Shown here: positions 47,401 through 59,500 of the stretch, piece by piece
Layout of the letters: every line of letters starts with the position of its first letter
How positions within the stretch are numbered: the stretch's first letter is position 1
From: Strigamia acuminata
Taxonomy: Eukaryota
Assembly: GCA_949358305.1 (NCBI GenBank)
Contig: OX442314.1
Span: 22,630,001 to 22,694,000, forward strand
DNA length: 64,000 nt
Direction of reading: 5' to 3'
Notes under the pieces: model-generated
What the model was told of the DNA's origin: nothing
Databases searched by the model: none
What the model saw: only the letters and a program-made list of their open reading frames with translations
Made by a program: the position numbers and the translations under genes

Positions 47401-50400
47401 CTGGACTACGGATGTCGTCTAAATTCCCTTAATTCCAAAATGGAAAACTAGAAAAACTTTTTCTTCTTCATTTTACACCATTTTAATGTTGCTACAATAG
47501 AGTCTCAGGGCAGGTAACAAAATTCTAGGTGTCTTAAAACATAAAAGAGTCATAAGGGCAGTAGGTTTATCGCTCGTTTCTGTAGGTTTTCGACTCCCCA
47601 CGGAGACTGGAGTTTCGATTTTCACTGACCAACGCGTACGAGAATAGACTTCTCTAGTTTCCATCACGCCCACTGTTAAGTTTGCTCCGAGTTTTACATG
47701 CTTCCCTGCTGACTGAATAAACCAAATGGCTTTGGCAAAACATTGTTACCAACAAACCCCCCAAGGTGAAAAATTGAAAAACATTAAGACGAACTCACGT
47801 CACGAGTGCATAGCTTGCATTGTAAAATAAAACGAACAACAATTCCCGCCTTTTTAAACATTTAAACACGAATAAAATTAAACCGAAAAGAAAAACACAC
47901 TCTTGTTTCACCAAAACCTTTAATACTTTGATTGACAAGTGTACGGAGCTCCAGCTTCAACTCACAGTGTGATTTCCTGCAACATCTGCATACGCTTTGC
48001 GCTCTATTCCATTAACTATTCAATAATTCATCCGCTGATATCTCTATACAGACATGAATGTGTCACTGCTTTTGCTACGGCCTGGTTTATCTTTATTGGT
48101 CAGATGTGATCTATATAATTGTGCAAGCGGAAATTGGAAATGAGATATAAGATTCCTCAACACCGCACACAGGGTCCCAAAACATCACATAAACACCCCT
48201 GGAGTGCCGACACGTCGTTAACTATGTTTACACGCCAGAAAATCTCCGTTTTTCAAACATTTTTTCCGCCATGTAAACATCAACTTGTCGTTATAAAGGA
48301 AATCCTGTTACACTACTCAACTATTCTTGTTTTTCTCACATTTCACCACCTTAGAGTTTCCTGGCACGTAAATACACTATAGTGACTGCACGCTGCGAAG
48401 AATAAGTCAGTTTTATTATCGATTATGAATGTAATTTAAAATTTTACACTGAAAAAATAATATATATTTCTCATCGAGAATGTAGAAACATTAAGAAGGC
48501 TTATCTACTTGAAGCAAAAGGCGCTGTAACTGCAGCTTGAGATTCAATACGGCTAACTCAATCAACAAAGTGTTAGCGGCAACAGCAGGTTAATTATAAG
48601 AAATTGTTATTGCTTTCAAAGCTGTTAATAAGTGTTCTTCTTCTTCGTAAGATAAAAAGAAAAGCAAATGTCTTTAAATACCCAATAAGAAAAAAAATGT
48701 TCAATAGATTACAGTCTCTCAAACAATCTTCCTCTTGATGTCGAGATTCCCACAACAAGATGGAAACAAACTGCAATTTCTCACCCAAAATTAACCGTAA
48801 AGACTCGCGAACGGTCTATATCTTAAATCAAAAAACATTTTAAATTACAATCTAGACAGAAACACTTTATTGACTCGCTTCCAAGTGACCATTGCAATTC
48901 AATTCGAACGCACGAGGGTGTCACAACCACTCAACTAGTGGTAAACTGGTGAAACAAGACAATTCCCATCTCGGTTGCCGTTCTGCAGTTCCTTCATCCA
49001 ATTATCCTCGAGACATTATTCTAAAATCACTCAAGGAGTTTGCTCAATACGAACATCGATAGAATTTAGTTACAAATTTAGATTTATTTATTGCAAAGTG
49101 TCATCCAATTATCTCACGTGTCCGTCACTTCAAAACAAAGGGAACCTCCTAAGTTGTAACGTGTAAGAATTTGTTAATTTTGGTTTACACAATCGGTTAA
49201 AAAAAATCCTATTTAATCTTGGTTAAACGCTGTAACAAGTGTACATGTCCATCAAGACAAGTGTTTGATTACTGAAAGTCATGGTTTGCCAAACGCTTAG
49301 TGAAAAAGGAGATGGATGGAAAAGGAAATGAAACAACCTAAGCACGTTAAAGCCACCTAAAATCGGTCCTATACACTGTTCTACGCCGTCCATTGTAAAG
49401 AAATGAACTCAAGATTGGAATTTTTAAAAAAAATTCCAGAGGAATTGGCGAATTGATGCATTACGATTGAGAGAAAAAAAAAGTCAACATCAAACTAGTT
49501 TTAAATTTTAAAAATCACTTTTTAAGAACGGTCTTCGAATCGATATTTTACTGCATTGAGTGCCCCTCTTCCTAATTGGTCAAAATGTTAGGAGCAAGCG
49601 CCAAGAAAAGCCAAGTGCAAAAGGTCGGCTATTTTATTCGCGCGCTCCATCGGATCCTTTTTGCCGTTTAGATTAAACCTCCACCCACTTCCCCATTACT
49701 ACACTTTGAACACTGATGCAAACCAAAAAAAAAAAACCAAAAAAAATCCCCCATTGTAACAAAAATTCGCGACTCACTTTCATTTCATCAACAACAAAAA
49801 CAGCCATTTTTTCTTTAACCTTCCCATTGGTTTGACAGGCAAAACAGCAAACTCAGCAGTAAAATAAAATATATAAAAAGGAAAAAAAAATATTTATTTT
49901 TGATGAAACCGTCAAGGTGACCCAAAAGCAATTCACGGGTGAAAACATCCAATGAATTAAAAAATAAAAATAAAATATCCAAGAATATTTTTCCTCCATC
50001 AATTTATCATCTTATGGTTATTTTAATTTCCAATATCAAATTTCCTTATTAGATTCCCCCAATACATTTTTCCTAAAATCCCTTTACAATCATGTTTCTT
50101 TCACTCGTACAAAAAGGGGGGAAAAAATAAATCGGCTTTTCCTTCTAAAATAGAATATTTCCCGCAACAACTAGGCTTTATGCCATGCCTGCACATTGCT
50201 GCGAAATGCCCCGTAATTTTAATTTTATTTTCCATAGCAGCCACCTACAAAATTCACTTACCCGCGTTCGTATACCTTTTTCTCCGACTTTAAAAGGAAA
50301 AAAAAATGGATGAAAAAATATCATTAAAACAAGGCGGAGACACACGCTGCAAATATTATTTTCCTCTATAATTTACTAGTAAACCCGGTAAACCAATCAA

Positions 50401-52447
50401 TCGACTTGCTCCCCTCTTGCGACGATGCAGCGCCTAATTATCAGGCTCCCCACGAGCAAGCAGAGTAAGCGGCAACGTGCTACGCATGCGTAAACACCCT
50501 TTTCCCATAAGTCTGAGCGATACAGACTAATACGAAAAGGGGGATGCGAATGGACGTGACCAACCTACAGATGAAGCGTTGGCTTTTCTTTATCCGACGC
50601 TGAATAATTAATAAGCCTAATACGATTCTGCGGTTTCCTCAACTGTCTGTTCGATATATAGAAATTTGGAAAATTTCTTTATATAACCATACACTCACTC
50701 ACTTCTTATGTAACCAGCGCACCCCTTTAGGTGTGAAGACAAATTACGCAAGTACAGTATATTTGATCTGTACCCTAAAAAAACGTGTAATTGCTTCAAG
50801 AAGAACACCTCTAGTTATTTATTACACGTGTACCTGGTGTAAACCTGCCTTTCAATGTGTGTATTTGCACATTAAAGTAGATTTTGCTCCTAAAGGTGTA
50901 CTTTAATCCTAAAGGTGTATTTTTGCTCCTAAAATGTGTATTTTTGCTCCTAAATATGTATTTTTGCTCCTAAAAATGTATTTTTGCTTCTAAAAATGTA
51001 TTTTTGCTTCTAAAAATGTATTTTTGCTCCTAAAAATGTATTTTTGCTCCTAAAAATGTATTTTTGCTCCTAAAAATGTATTTTTGCTCCAAAAAATATT
51101 TTTTTTGTTCCTAAAAGTGTATTTTTGCTCCCAAAAGTGTATTTTTGTTTCTAATGTGCATGCATGCTCTTAAATGTGAATTTTTGCTCCTAAAAGTGAA
51201 TTCTCGCTCCTAAAGTACATTTTTCCTCCTAAAACTTTTCTTTTGTTCCCAGAAGTGTATTTTTGCATCTGTAGATGTATTTTTGGTGCTAAAAGCATAT
51301 TTTTGCAACAACAATGTGCAATATTAAGCACGCCTTTAATCTTTTCGAATGAAACCACCTAAAACGTACGTTCACATTGAAAAACTTATTAATTAGCTGT
51401 TAGTAATGGTGATTGGCGATGAATTACTGTACTAAATTGAGTTTCCGCAAGTGGCAAAACTTAAATAAATTAAGCGAACAAACAAAATAAATATCTAATA
51501 CGATGCTTCAAGTTGAAAGGCTGCTTCTGCAAGTCTAAACAATTAAACGCTAAACTGAAAACAAAACTTTAGAAAAATTCCTCATCAGATTATCTTTACC
51601 CGTATACTCTTATAGCGATATAAATCAGTTCATTTCCTCCTCCTACATCCTAAATATTAATACCATTAGCTCCTCTTAATTCAAACCCTTTAAAAAAAAT
51701 TAAAAACACATCATAAGGTTTATTAAAACATCAACAACAAAAAAACTAATGCTTTTATTTACTTTCTGCAACCATATAACCACACAAAATTTTTTTTCCT
51801 CGTTTGTATCGACACCATTTAATCTGCAGCAACACGGATAGAAAAAAAAAGGCCAAACATTTTCCATTGGATGTTCTAATTAGCACCGTTATCAGATGCA
51901 GGCAAAGATAAAATTATTATTATTATTTTTTCTTTCCAAATACGAAGAAGAAGAAAAAATTAAATCAAAACACCAACCCAACCTTAAATCTCATTTCAAT
52001 TCACCCCGAACTTAACACTATGTACTTATTTTCCCTTCACTATAACCTTCAGAGTAGATTGAAAGTGGGGGTTTAAAAAAAAAGGAGAAGGGAATTATAA
52101 AGCAATTAATTAATGAGTAATGAGTTGAAGAAAAACTCCCATCGAATTCAAGAAGGCTAATTACATAAGGCCAGTTAATTAGACGAATAAATCAACCCTT
52201 TTTACCCAAACACTACAGACAAGTAAATGTAAATTTTTTTTTCACAAAATTAAAAAAGAAATTAAAATCTCCACTTGAAAAAAAAAAAAAATAAACACAT
52301 ACACGAGTTCAATTTAAACGAACATTTTTAATTAATAACTTCTTTAAAAATGCATGAATTAATAGAACATGGTGTAACCGCGAAGAGAAATTTAATAATT
52401 CTCTTCGTTTCAAAAGCAAAAGTAAAAATCTTTTAGATCGTTTTGCC

Positions 52448-52478
<31 letters not shown>

Positions 52479-55400
52479 AAACGTACCAGAATTCTTGCTG
52501 TTGGAGCAGAAGAAAAAAAAAGGTCATAGTTCAGTGAGTCCATTCTTTGTCATGATATTGCCTAACGTCGACTTGGACATGGGCCTATCTAAGCTCCGAT
52601 TTTTCTCTTCTTTTCTCATATCAGGGAAAAGAACCTCCCCCATCTTTTATTCAGACCCGAATCTCAGTTTTCTTCTTTTTCGCCACCCCTACCATTTCCA
52701 CGAGGTTTGAAGAGAAGAAGAAATGAATAACCAAGTCATATACACACAAGGATATTCTTTTCTTTTAATATTCCACAGCAGTTTGCCCATTGGAACAAGG
52801 TGAGAATTATGAGAAGCTGCTTCTCATTGCGGCTTTCCTGCAATGGCTGCGTGTTTTACAGGGAAGTCATCTTGAGCTGTGGTTTTTGCTTGACACATTT
52901 AAAATAATCAATTTGATTTTTTTTTTAAATCATAAAAAAAAAAAATTTAATTTGAAATAACTGATCAAATCAACCCCATATTTTATCTTTTAAAAAAAAT
53001 GGAGTAAATGTAATAACTAATTTTGCGCTTCCTTTTATTAAAAAGAAGAGCGAAAAAAAAATGCAATTACTAATTTGCATAAAATGTACATTTTGGTCAT
53101 TCAATTTTATTTTAAAATTAATAATTTTATTTTTCCTTTTTTTCTTTTTTTAAATAAAATAATATTCTGAATTATTCATACAATTCTAAGCTAATTTTTT
53201 CCCCCAATTTAATAAAATTGGACCGTTAGTTGTAACACAATTACAGAAATAGGCCAACGTTGTCGTGGCAACTCCAGTAAAGTGCAAAGAATCTTTAGTT
53301 AGTGTAATTAAGAGAACTCCAAGCCCCGAGAAAAATCAAGAGAAGAAAAAAAAAAAAATCGAAAATCCGTACAAAGTGCCCCAGTCTCACAAATCAGCAC
53401 ATTTAGAACAAAAGCTCACACCAAAACTTTACACTTGAGCTAAAGTTGACAGATAAATCACACTAAATTCCATAGACATACACACAAAAGAACGAACCAA
53501 AAAAAATAAATAAAAAATAAAATGAAATAAAACAGTCAAATACAAAGACTAAGCCTGAGAACAAACATCCAAAATGCTTTTTTTCCTTCTCTTATCTACT
53601 CAAATGCACTGTTTACATTTAAAGGAACCGTGCAATAAAAAGAAAAAAAATTGTCCAAACTTTACAACAACATAAAAAATTGAACCATAGTACACACACA
53701 CACCACTAGCTAATTTGTACTAGTTTACAGAATACAATATTTTTTTTTTTTTTAAAAAAATTGAATTTTTCACAATTTCTTCGCACAGTCATCTCCTTTA
53801 AAGTTGGCCATGAACCCAACGCGAAACACGAACCCAATTCATTCCTTTCAATGCAGACTCTTTAATAAAAAGAGATAAAACAGTGGAAAGAATGCAGCGA
53901 AATTTACAGTATCCAATATTTTTTTCCCCTCTTCTTTTGTACTTTAAAGATTTATTGGCGTACCCTAAGAATTCGCATATAAACTGCAAAAATAAATCTC
54001 AACAAGTAATTGCAAATTTTTTCCACTATTTTTTACTTCTAATTACATTTCCCCAATAAATCCAACCATTTTTTCCTCGTACGATGACAAACACACCAAT
54101 ACACTCACATCTCGATCTCGAACTTCCAAAAATGGACAAAACTAAGCCCACACTGCCCCACTTTCCCAACTTATAAAAAAAAGCAATAAAATTGATGGGT
54201 AATTAGCAAAAATCGACAAAAGAATAAATGGGATTCTTCATCTGTCTTGAAATGGGGACATAAAGCCATGCTAGTAATCTCTTCTATTGCTTCTTTTGCT
54301 TCACCAAAGATGACGTCCACCAATTTCACCCTCCCAGTTGAGCTTTTTATCTTATTTATGGCACTTTTTCTTAAAGACAGCCATTAAATAAGATGAATGC
54401 CATTCAATTCAATGGCAGATTTCATTTTAAAAATATTCAAAACAACTACAACGACATCACATGGAGTAGTCATAGGGTTACCGTAAGTCCACCGTAAGAA
54501 AAGAAGACACTTTTTAAATTTTAAATTTATTGGCCCGTCCCCATCATTTAAATGTCCCAACGACCGAATTTTAGCACCCATTTCATGGGTTGGAGGGGCA
54601 CGTACCCCTCTCCGAGCCAAGAATTTTTTTTCTACTTTAATGACCCCAAAATGGGCTTTAAAATGATTTTTTGGGGCACTAAATTCAAAATTTTTGTGGT
54701 TTTGGACATAAAATACACAAATGCGGACAACCGCTCTAAATTTTAAAAATCCTCCCGAACGGAAGTAAATTTAAGACCCCAAAAAGAGGATTTGTTTGGA
54801 TGTCAAAAATGACATACTTCTGCACTTTAATTCGTTTTATACAATAAAATATGCACCAAAAACTCCATTTTATGCAATAAAAAATATAAAAACGTGCAAA
54901 TTAAAGACTATTCCAAAAAAATCATTGATCACGTGGTTCTGAATTCTCGTATTATTTCACCACAAGGGGAAAAATGTGTATAACAAGGTAGCCATCAACA
55001 AACAATACAAAACCCATGAATAATGTAAACACTAACCAAAGCCAACAACACTCTTCATTCACATCACGTTTTGGCCAAACACTACAATTAGTTTCTTATT
55101 TTAACGGTGAAGTGAAGAGCAGTGAAGAGTATGAAAAAAAAATAAGATGGCCGCCAAGGGCAGCAGGGGAGTGGGAAATTGGATTGTGGGTACAGTGGAA
55201 AACACAATTCCCCTTTCGTTTCTTCCCTGTCTGGAAAATAAAATGACAAAGGAAGATCGTAATGGGAAAACGAGCAATAAAAATAACCGTAAAACTTATC
55301 CCAGTCACAAAACAAGGGTTATCGAAACCTCCATTTTAAAAATTATTTCTCAAACATGTGACGTCTTAAATTTTGCCTTTTCTCTTTCAAAAATAAACTA

Positions 55401-55549
55401 ATTATTTCTCCTTCGTTATGTCGATAATTGGATAATAAATTGTCAACAACTCACCACTTTGGACGACTGGTCGATTTGACCAATGGGCACAGTCCGTCTC
55501 GATAGAGTCCCCGGTCTTTACTAATATTGACAATGTTGAAAATGACTCT
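23407..55549 (-). CDS. AGBL4: Cytosolic carboxypeptidase 6 (AGBL4/CCP6, M14 tubulin deglutamylase); 3' eight coding exons, 5' end not in window
   Basis: Minus-strand exons in consistent phase: 55455-55549 (RVIFNIVNISKDRGLYRDGLCPLVKSTSRPKW), 31185-31401 (RKLPNKYVYYY..FDREDDVYHFAYSYPYSYSRL), 28453-28576 (VVITSRVHPGETPAS), 28123-28237 (FKVIPMLNPDGVFLGNYR), 26333-26444 (MGFDLNRSW..PWAHPTL), 26016-26218 (FFIDIHAHS..FPKLL..GTARR), 23675-23796 (CYTLEVSF..VPYTEEG), 23407-23606 (YKRLGRNLARAFFEYY..stop). Zinc ligands HPGE/HAH and the catalytic E are present. Closely matches vertebrate AGBL4 as recalled. Confidence 0.92.
23607..23674 (-). other. U12-type (minor spliceosome) GT-AG intron, 68 nt, last intron of AGBL4
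   Basis: 5' splice site GTATCCTTTT (23674-23665); branch-like TTCCTCAAT (23624-23616) about 10 nt from CAG; no polypyrimidine tract; removal restores EEG-Y-KRLGRN. Confidence 0.88.
24472..24485. promoter_or_regulatory. RFX X-box (GTTTCCATGGCAAC), representative of an intronic cluster
   Basis: Matches the RFX palindromic consensus; further copies at 19286, 19724, 20888, 21480, 24299, 25781, 28573, 28814, 33572 and 56681. Confidence 0.55.
34942..35113. mobile_element. Possible small TA-flanked MITE remnant
   Basis: ta|GCTGCATTCAAAAA ... TTTTTGAATGCAGC|ta, 14-bp inverted repeats. Confidence 0.45.
36721..37272. repeat. 30-bp minisatellite, ~18 copies (TTTTGTAAATTTGACCAAAAATTACGTTTA)
   Basis: Near-perfect head-to-tail array; explains the repetitive ORFs 36421-37269 and 36683-37255. 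Confidence 0.95.
42977..43108 (-). repeat. 3' LTR (132 bp)
   Basis: Identical to 45785-45916; minus-strand AATAAA at 43028-43033. Confidence 0.95.
43042..45483 (-). CDS. Gag-protease polyprotein (~813 aa from first ATG): coiled-coil N-terminus, capsid, CCHC zinc knuckle, retropepsin, acidic tail
   Basis: FSGDDKENVHSWVKEV..LEGHASDW (capsid), CFKCGKIGHVSFDC (knuckle), ALIDPGANLTII...IIVGTDW (aspartic protease), D/E-rich C-terminus. The ORF-track start at 45537 is TTG; the first ATG is at 45483. The stop lies inside the 3' LTR. Confidence 0.9.
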   Translation of the reverse strand: MAENLAVILQGCRSSLLSVVEDVLNVFTVTILKGEIDRRGLESTSNLKQDLMSVLLQNNKEIVAFEAAEAERIAAEKLVEDDAEIVEKTSAEELAKERLEAEKLEAEEAARPAGGSGASSAELMVFQMAEMMKMLMRDKSETAARNAETEARNAEKETRNSELLAQNTLVMNRLIASQCSQTGPATTVVQMHSTVDTVKAISSFSGDDKENVHSWVKEVKRVAKLSAWTDDLTLLNAATRLEGHASDWQKTEGKKISSLEGWMWALEDRFKCRMNLNEFFEMQKKRKLEASETIVHYIYSKNTLLERCASRISESDRVSMILGGIGEELVSFPLASGNIGSVEELLHRARGLDGARKVKTTDKNSSNVEVKRAAEDVVRESTKEAFSAASTNKNSQRHVQYRYGMDKSTLTCFKCGKIGHVSFDCLLASAGAVTTEKTPEKVIACVVKTRKPEMNLTVVACSVEEFDTDVEALIDPGANLTIIDGRFLKDNTELRANRSGASFHSVNGPLEIDGFLDISFRIGDIQSRMRNVAVSSGLPFPIIVGTDWRRQEGLRLILEPNGDMNVSRDRSKVRTVGCAIFEKEANRENVCLSLVVEYDKILDVADDDKDGEVDEFEKNDQVENENGIFDNNDEEFVENDDDLGVECGKENLELDVTKIELVAIVENVNLGEDRSKFDETVSGFNEVDAKYGEEHDEKGEEHDKNEANENEDESSHKGKIVRENLEPGWLEDLELKRYFAEEQEKTLTGETDSTKMSEELSEACCALENRIVSKLLNFLFCCRGRQPKKGGRVSDSSPWGSFRDLFYLLYDWF
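45785..45916 (-). repeat. 5' LTR (132 bp)
   Basis: Identical to 42977-43108; followed on the minus strand by the PBS (45774-45784). Confidence 0.95.
46775..46918. repeat. ~20-bp degenerate minisatellite (AATTTGTGCATTTACACAAT), ~7 copies
   Basis: TGTGCATT recurs at ~20-bp period. Confidence 0.8.
50875..51305. repeat. ~20-bp minisatellite (AAAAATGTATTTTTGCTCCT), homogeneous core with decayed edges
   Basis: Near-perfect units at 50940-51090, degenerate units on both sides. Confidence 0.88.
55455..55549 (-). CDS. AGBL4: Isolated 95-nt AGBL4 exon upstream of the 24 kb intron
   Basis: tttcag|RVIFNIVNISKDRGLYRDGLCPLVKSTSRPK(W)|gtgagt; joins in frame to exon 31401-31185. Too short to appear in the ORF track. 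Confidence 0.9.
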
Positions 55550-56493
55550 CTGAAAACAAATTTAGAAAAAAAAAAAAACATAAAAATTTGATTTTGTAAA
55601 AAAAAAAAAAAATAATAATAATTTTAATAAAAAAAAAAAAAATCACATAGAAATAGAAATGCAATTTAACGTTTATTAGTTCACGTATTTGCCACCAGGT
55701 TGAGTTGATGACGTGACAGCACGGGAATACTGTCGTCCACGTTCCGAAATTGTTTGCAGGAGGCGTCTCCCACCAAAATTGCAATTTACGATTATTGTTG
55801 TCATAATCGGCATCGACTGCACCGACAATAAAGGCTAATGCGGATCTATATATGTGTAAAAATAAATAAAAACAAGTGCGGACCACTGGTGTGTCGTGTG
55901 ATGCTAATGCAAAAACAAACGTGAGAAAGTGAAGGCTGGAACATGCAATGACAATAAGGAAAAGAAGTATACACCGAATCCAACTGAACTCGCAAGCTAA
56001 AGAAAGAGACAGAGTGAGGGAGAGAAAATAAACTTCGAAACGTATGCATTTTAAATGCAAGAAAACATAAATATTCAAAAACAAGTGTTAAAAGCCACAA
56101 CACAGACGCATAAAAACACACAAAAAATAAACTACGAAAATACTACTTTGTCTTCATCCATCTGCAACAACACAACAACAATTCGCTCGCAATTCACAAA
56201 TAAAAATAACAATGCCAGCTAAATCATCTAAATAATGCATATCCAACAACGCGAATCAACATTCCAAGCAGTGTGAAACAACAATGCATTAAAAAACCGC
56301 TGAAAACAATCAACAATGCAAAAAATAATAAAAACAATCAACAATGCAAAAAAATAATAAAAACAATCAACAAAAACTGCTAAAAGGATAAATTAGCGGC
56401 TCATTTATCAACAATTCATTTAAATTCAAAAAAACTGCCAACAATGCGACAGTAACAAATGATAAATGCAACAATTACAATCGGATAAAGTGA

Positions 56494-56524
<31 letters not shown>

Positions 56525-59500
56525 CGCATCCTATTAACATTTCAAAGCGTCAATAAATGGTTTGCAACAATGCACAAACCAAGCATCAATTTCAAACAGC
56601 CGACTTGTTCCACACATATTTATTCAGCTTTATTGAGCTTATGCGTCAGCGCGAGATAGCAACACCAGCACCAGCCAGCAGTTGCCATGGCGACGCATCA
56701 TCAACAAGAGAATCATCAAGCATACAGACAGCACTTCGTTTTTCACAATCCCAAACCCCACGACACAACATGCCTATCTATTAAAATTAATGTACTCGCA
56801 CAAACTTTAAATTCCTTTTTACTTTTGCCTCGGCCGCGCGTCTGCCTCTCTTTTAACCCCGCCTAACGTCTTACATCGCAGAGGTCACCTCAACAAGAGA
56901 CCGACCGCACATACAAGCCAGCCGATACCATTTGATGCGCCAATTTTAACCTCAGCGACCCCTCCGAACCTGCCTACAACAAACAGCCATTGTAACACAT
57001 CAACGTTTATTGTTCCTGCAGCCAATGCGACCTCGTTCTCGAATGGCGCCACCTCGTCTACCGCTCAGGTGAATGGAGACGGATCAGAAAAGACCCGAGC
57101 AGACAGCATGGCGCCCTCTGCAGCCTCTGACGCAAGGTTCCTCTTTATTTCTTTAAACTGTTGAGACTTGGAAGGAATCAAACGGCGAAGAAAGCGAATG
57201 GCAAAGGGGGCCGATGTAATGGCGGCGGTTACTGTTAACACTTCATTAATGTTCTTTGCATTAAGGTAAAAATTTATGACACTAATTAAACTTAGAGAAT
57301 GGATTTTGGGTTTCAAAGAGTTATTTGCCAACAGTAATTAACCCGTTATTGCATTTATTCCCTCAAGTCAAACGCCCGTGTATGTTGCGCCCGCTTCGAT
57401 TTTTATTTTCTCCATACATTAACTTTGATGCAACAATATTTCACTCTGCTTTTCACACGTAATTATCACACTTTTAGCCATTCAGCTCCGCGAAATCGCG
57501 AACGAGCAACTCGAGCTGCTCATTTTACACAAAACAACAACAACAACATGCTCGCGATTTGTTTAATCGTTTTGCAATAATGGCCGACGTTTTGCCAAGT
57601 GATAAAGCGACGTTTTTGCTTAATCAATCACCCTGCACGCCAGCAGATTGAATAAGATGCAATTCCAGATACAATATGCTGTATTTCAGACCATCATTTA
57701 TTATTATTTATTATTATTCAAAAAAGAAAACTCGACCAAAAGCGCGCCATTTTTATTTTTTCTTATTATTTCTTTTTCTTATATTTTTCATTTCTTTTTG
57801 TGCGTCGTGTTCGATAGTATGTGACATTCGCTAACATCCAAAGCAAACAACTCCTTCCCTATTTCTCCCATGACTCAAAGGTACACACCCTCGACCACTT
57901 GCCATGTTTGCTGATACAATTCCCAATACTGACCGCACCAATGGCCTTTCTATCAATAATAGGCCCGGGTCTCCTACTCAGAAGGGTCAGAAGTCAAACT
58001 AATTCCTCGGCTCCATTTTCCCAACTCGTGATTGAGAACCATCTGTTTTTACAACACAAAACCCCGCTACAAGCGCCCTCTTCCACCGCGAGTCGCTATG
58101 AGGAGGCCACTCGGCGAAACCGTCCACGAGAAAAAGAAGGGTAAGGAGAGAGGTCAGGGGATGGGGTCATCCAGTTGTCACCGGTCTTCATAAACTGACC
58201 CTGCACACCCTCACTGATGGCCAAGTCGGTCATCTAAGTCCAGCTATATTGCCAACATCACGTGACTGACAACTCCCCCAGCATCTCTTCCCGCATCCCC
58301 ATAGCAACATCATCTTCAACCACACGAGTTGATACCTCATCGTTATCGCATTGTCACAGTGTCGGATGAAGAACAACTCCATCATAAAACCAAAGATATC
58401 AAAATGACCAAAATTATCCCGCCAAGGATAAAATGCTGCAAAATAATAAAAAAAATAAAATAAAGACTCGAGGAAAAAGCAAGCTCGCATTTTATCTCCC
58501 CCTGACCGCCCATCATTCAGCCTGCATTTATTCCTCCGGGCTGTATTAGCTAACACTAGCACGGCAACAATAGCTCTCACCAATTGTAGAGTCGCTTTAG
58601 AAACCCAGTACCCGCCCAGGGGCTCCGCAAGATGGCCATAAATGTGCTTCGTGTTCAAACTGCCATTTCTTGCGCGTGCGTCACTGCATGCCCGCAGTCA
58701 TTTCACTTGGTATCGGTTAAAGGGGAAGAAATGGAGATAAAATGTGGACACTCTACCGACACTTTGCATTTTTTAACTCGACAAATATCATCTGGATTAA
58801 ACGTCAAAGGTCAAGTGGTTTTATCATAAAACATTTCATTTACCGGTACATGCTCGGATGCACAAGAATCGCGACATCTCAAGGTCAGTGGCGACTGGCT
58901 TGTAAACAGGCGTGTAAACAAGCGTGTAAACAAGCGTGACACGTAATATTTCGACTATGCTTTTGTCGTATCATGTAAATAATAGAAATCTTGTTTCTCA
59001 CGTGATGCAACGTGCGAATCAATCATTTACAAAAAAAATCTGACGAACCGGAACGATATTTTGCATAATTTCACGGTAAATCTCGATCTCGAGGCCGTGG
59101 TTTTAACTTTTAACAAAGATTTTTGCTCCAGCATCCACACAGATCCACACGCCAGCATTGTGAAATTGTTTTCGCTATCGAACAAGCCTTGATTAAATCG
59201 AGCATCACATCGGTTACCATGATTCATCGCACCACAAACAACATCAAGCAAATAATTAAATTTTTATTTTAATACCAACAACCCCAATCATTCTACTCGA
59301 CCTTTAAATTAATTGCAATTTCGCACTAACCAGAGACTAATTAATTAAAAACGCACCATTTTTCTTCCCAAATTTCAAATTTCAAATTGAAAAAATTTAT
59401 TTATTTCTCTCCCTCTCCAAAATCTTGAAACACGATGAAAATATAAACTAAAAGTTAGACCAATAACCAATCAATTACTGCAAGAATTATCGCTGCCAGC

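Noticed and set aside
54473..54800. hAT-like end TAGGGTTACC
   Set aside because: No matching opposite TIR or TSD found.
58230..58658. Candidate upstream AGBL4 exon (ELFFIRH resembles DLFIRPD)
   Set aside because: Lacks GNLG, PDT and WFNF motifs and suitable splice sites.
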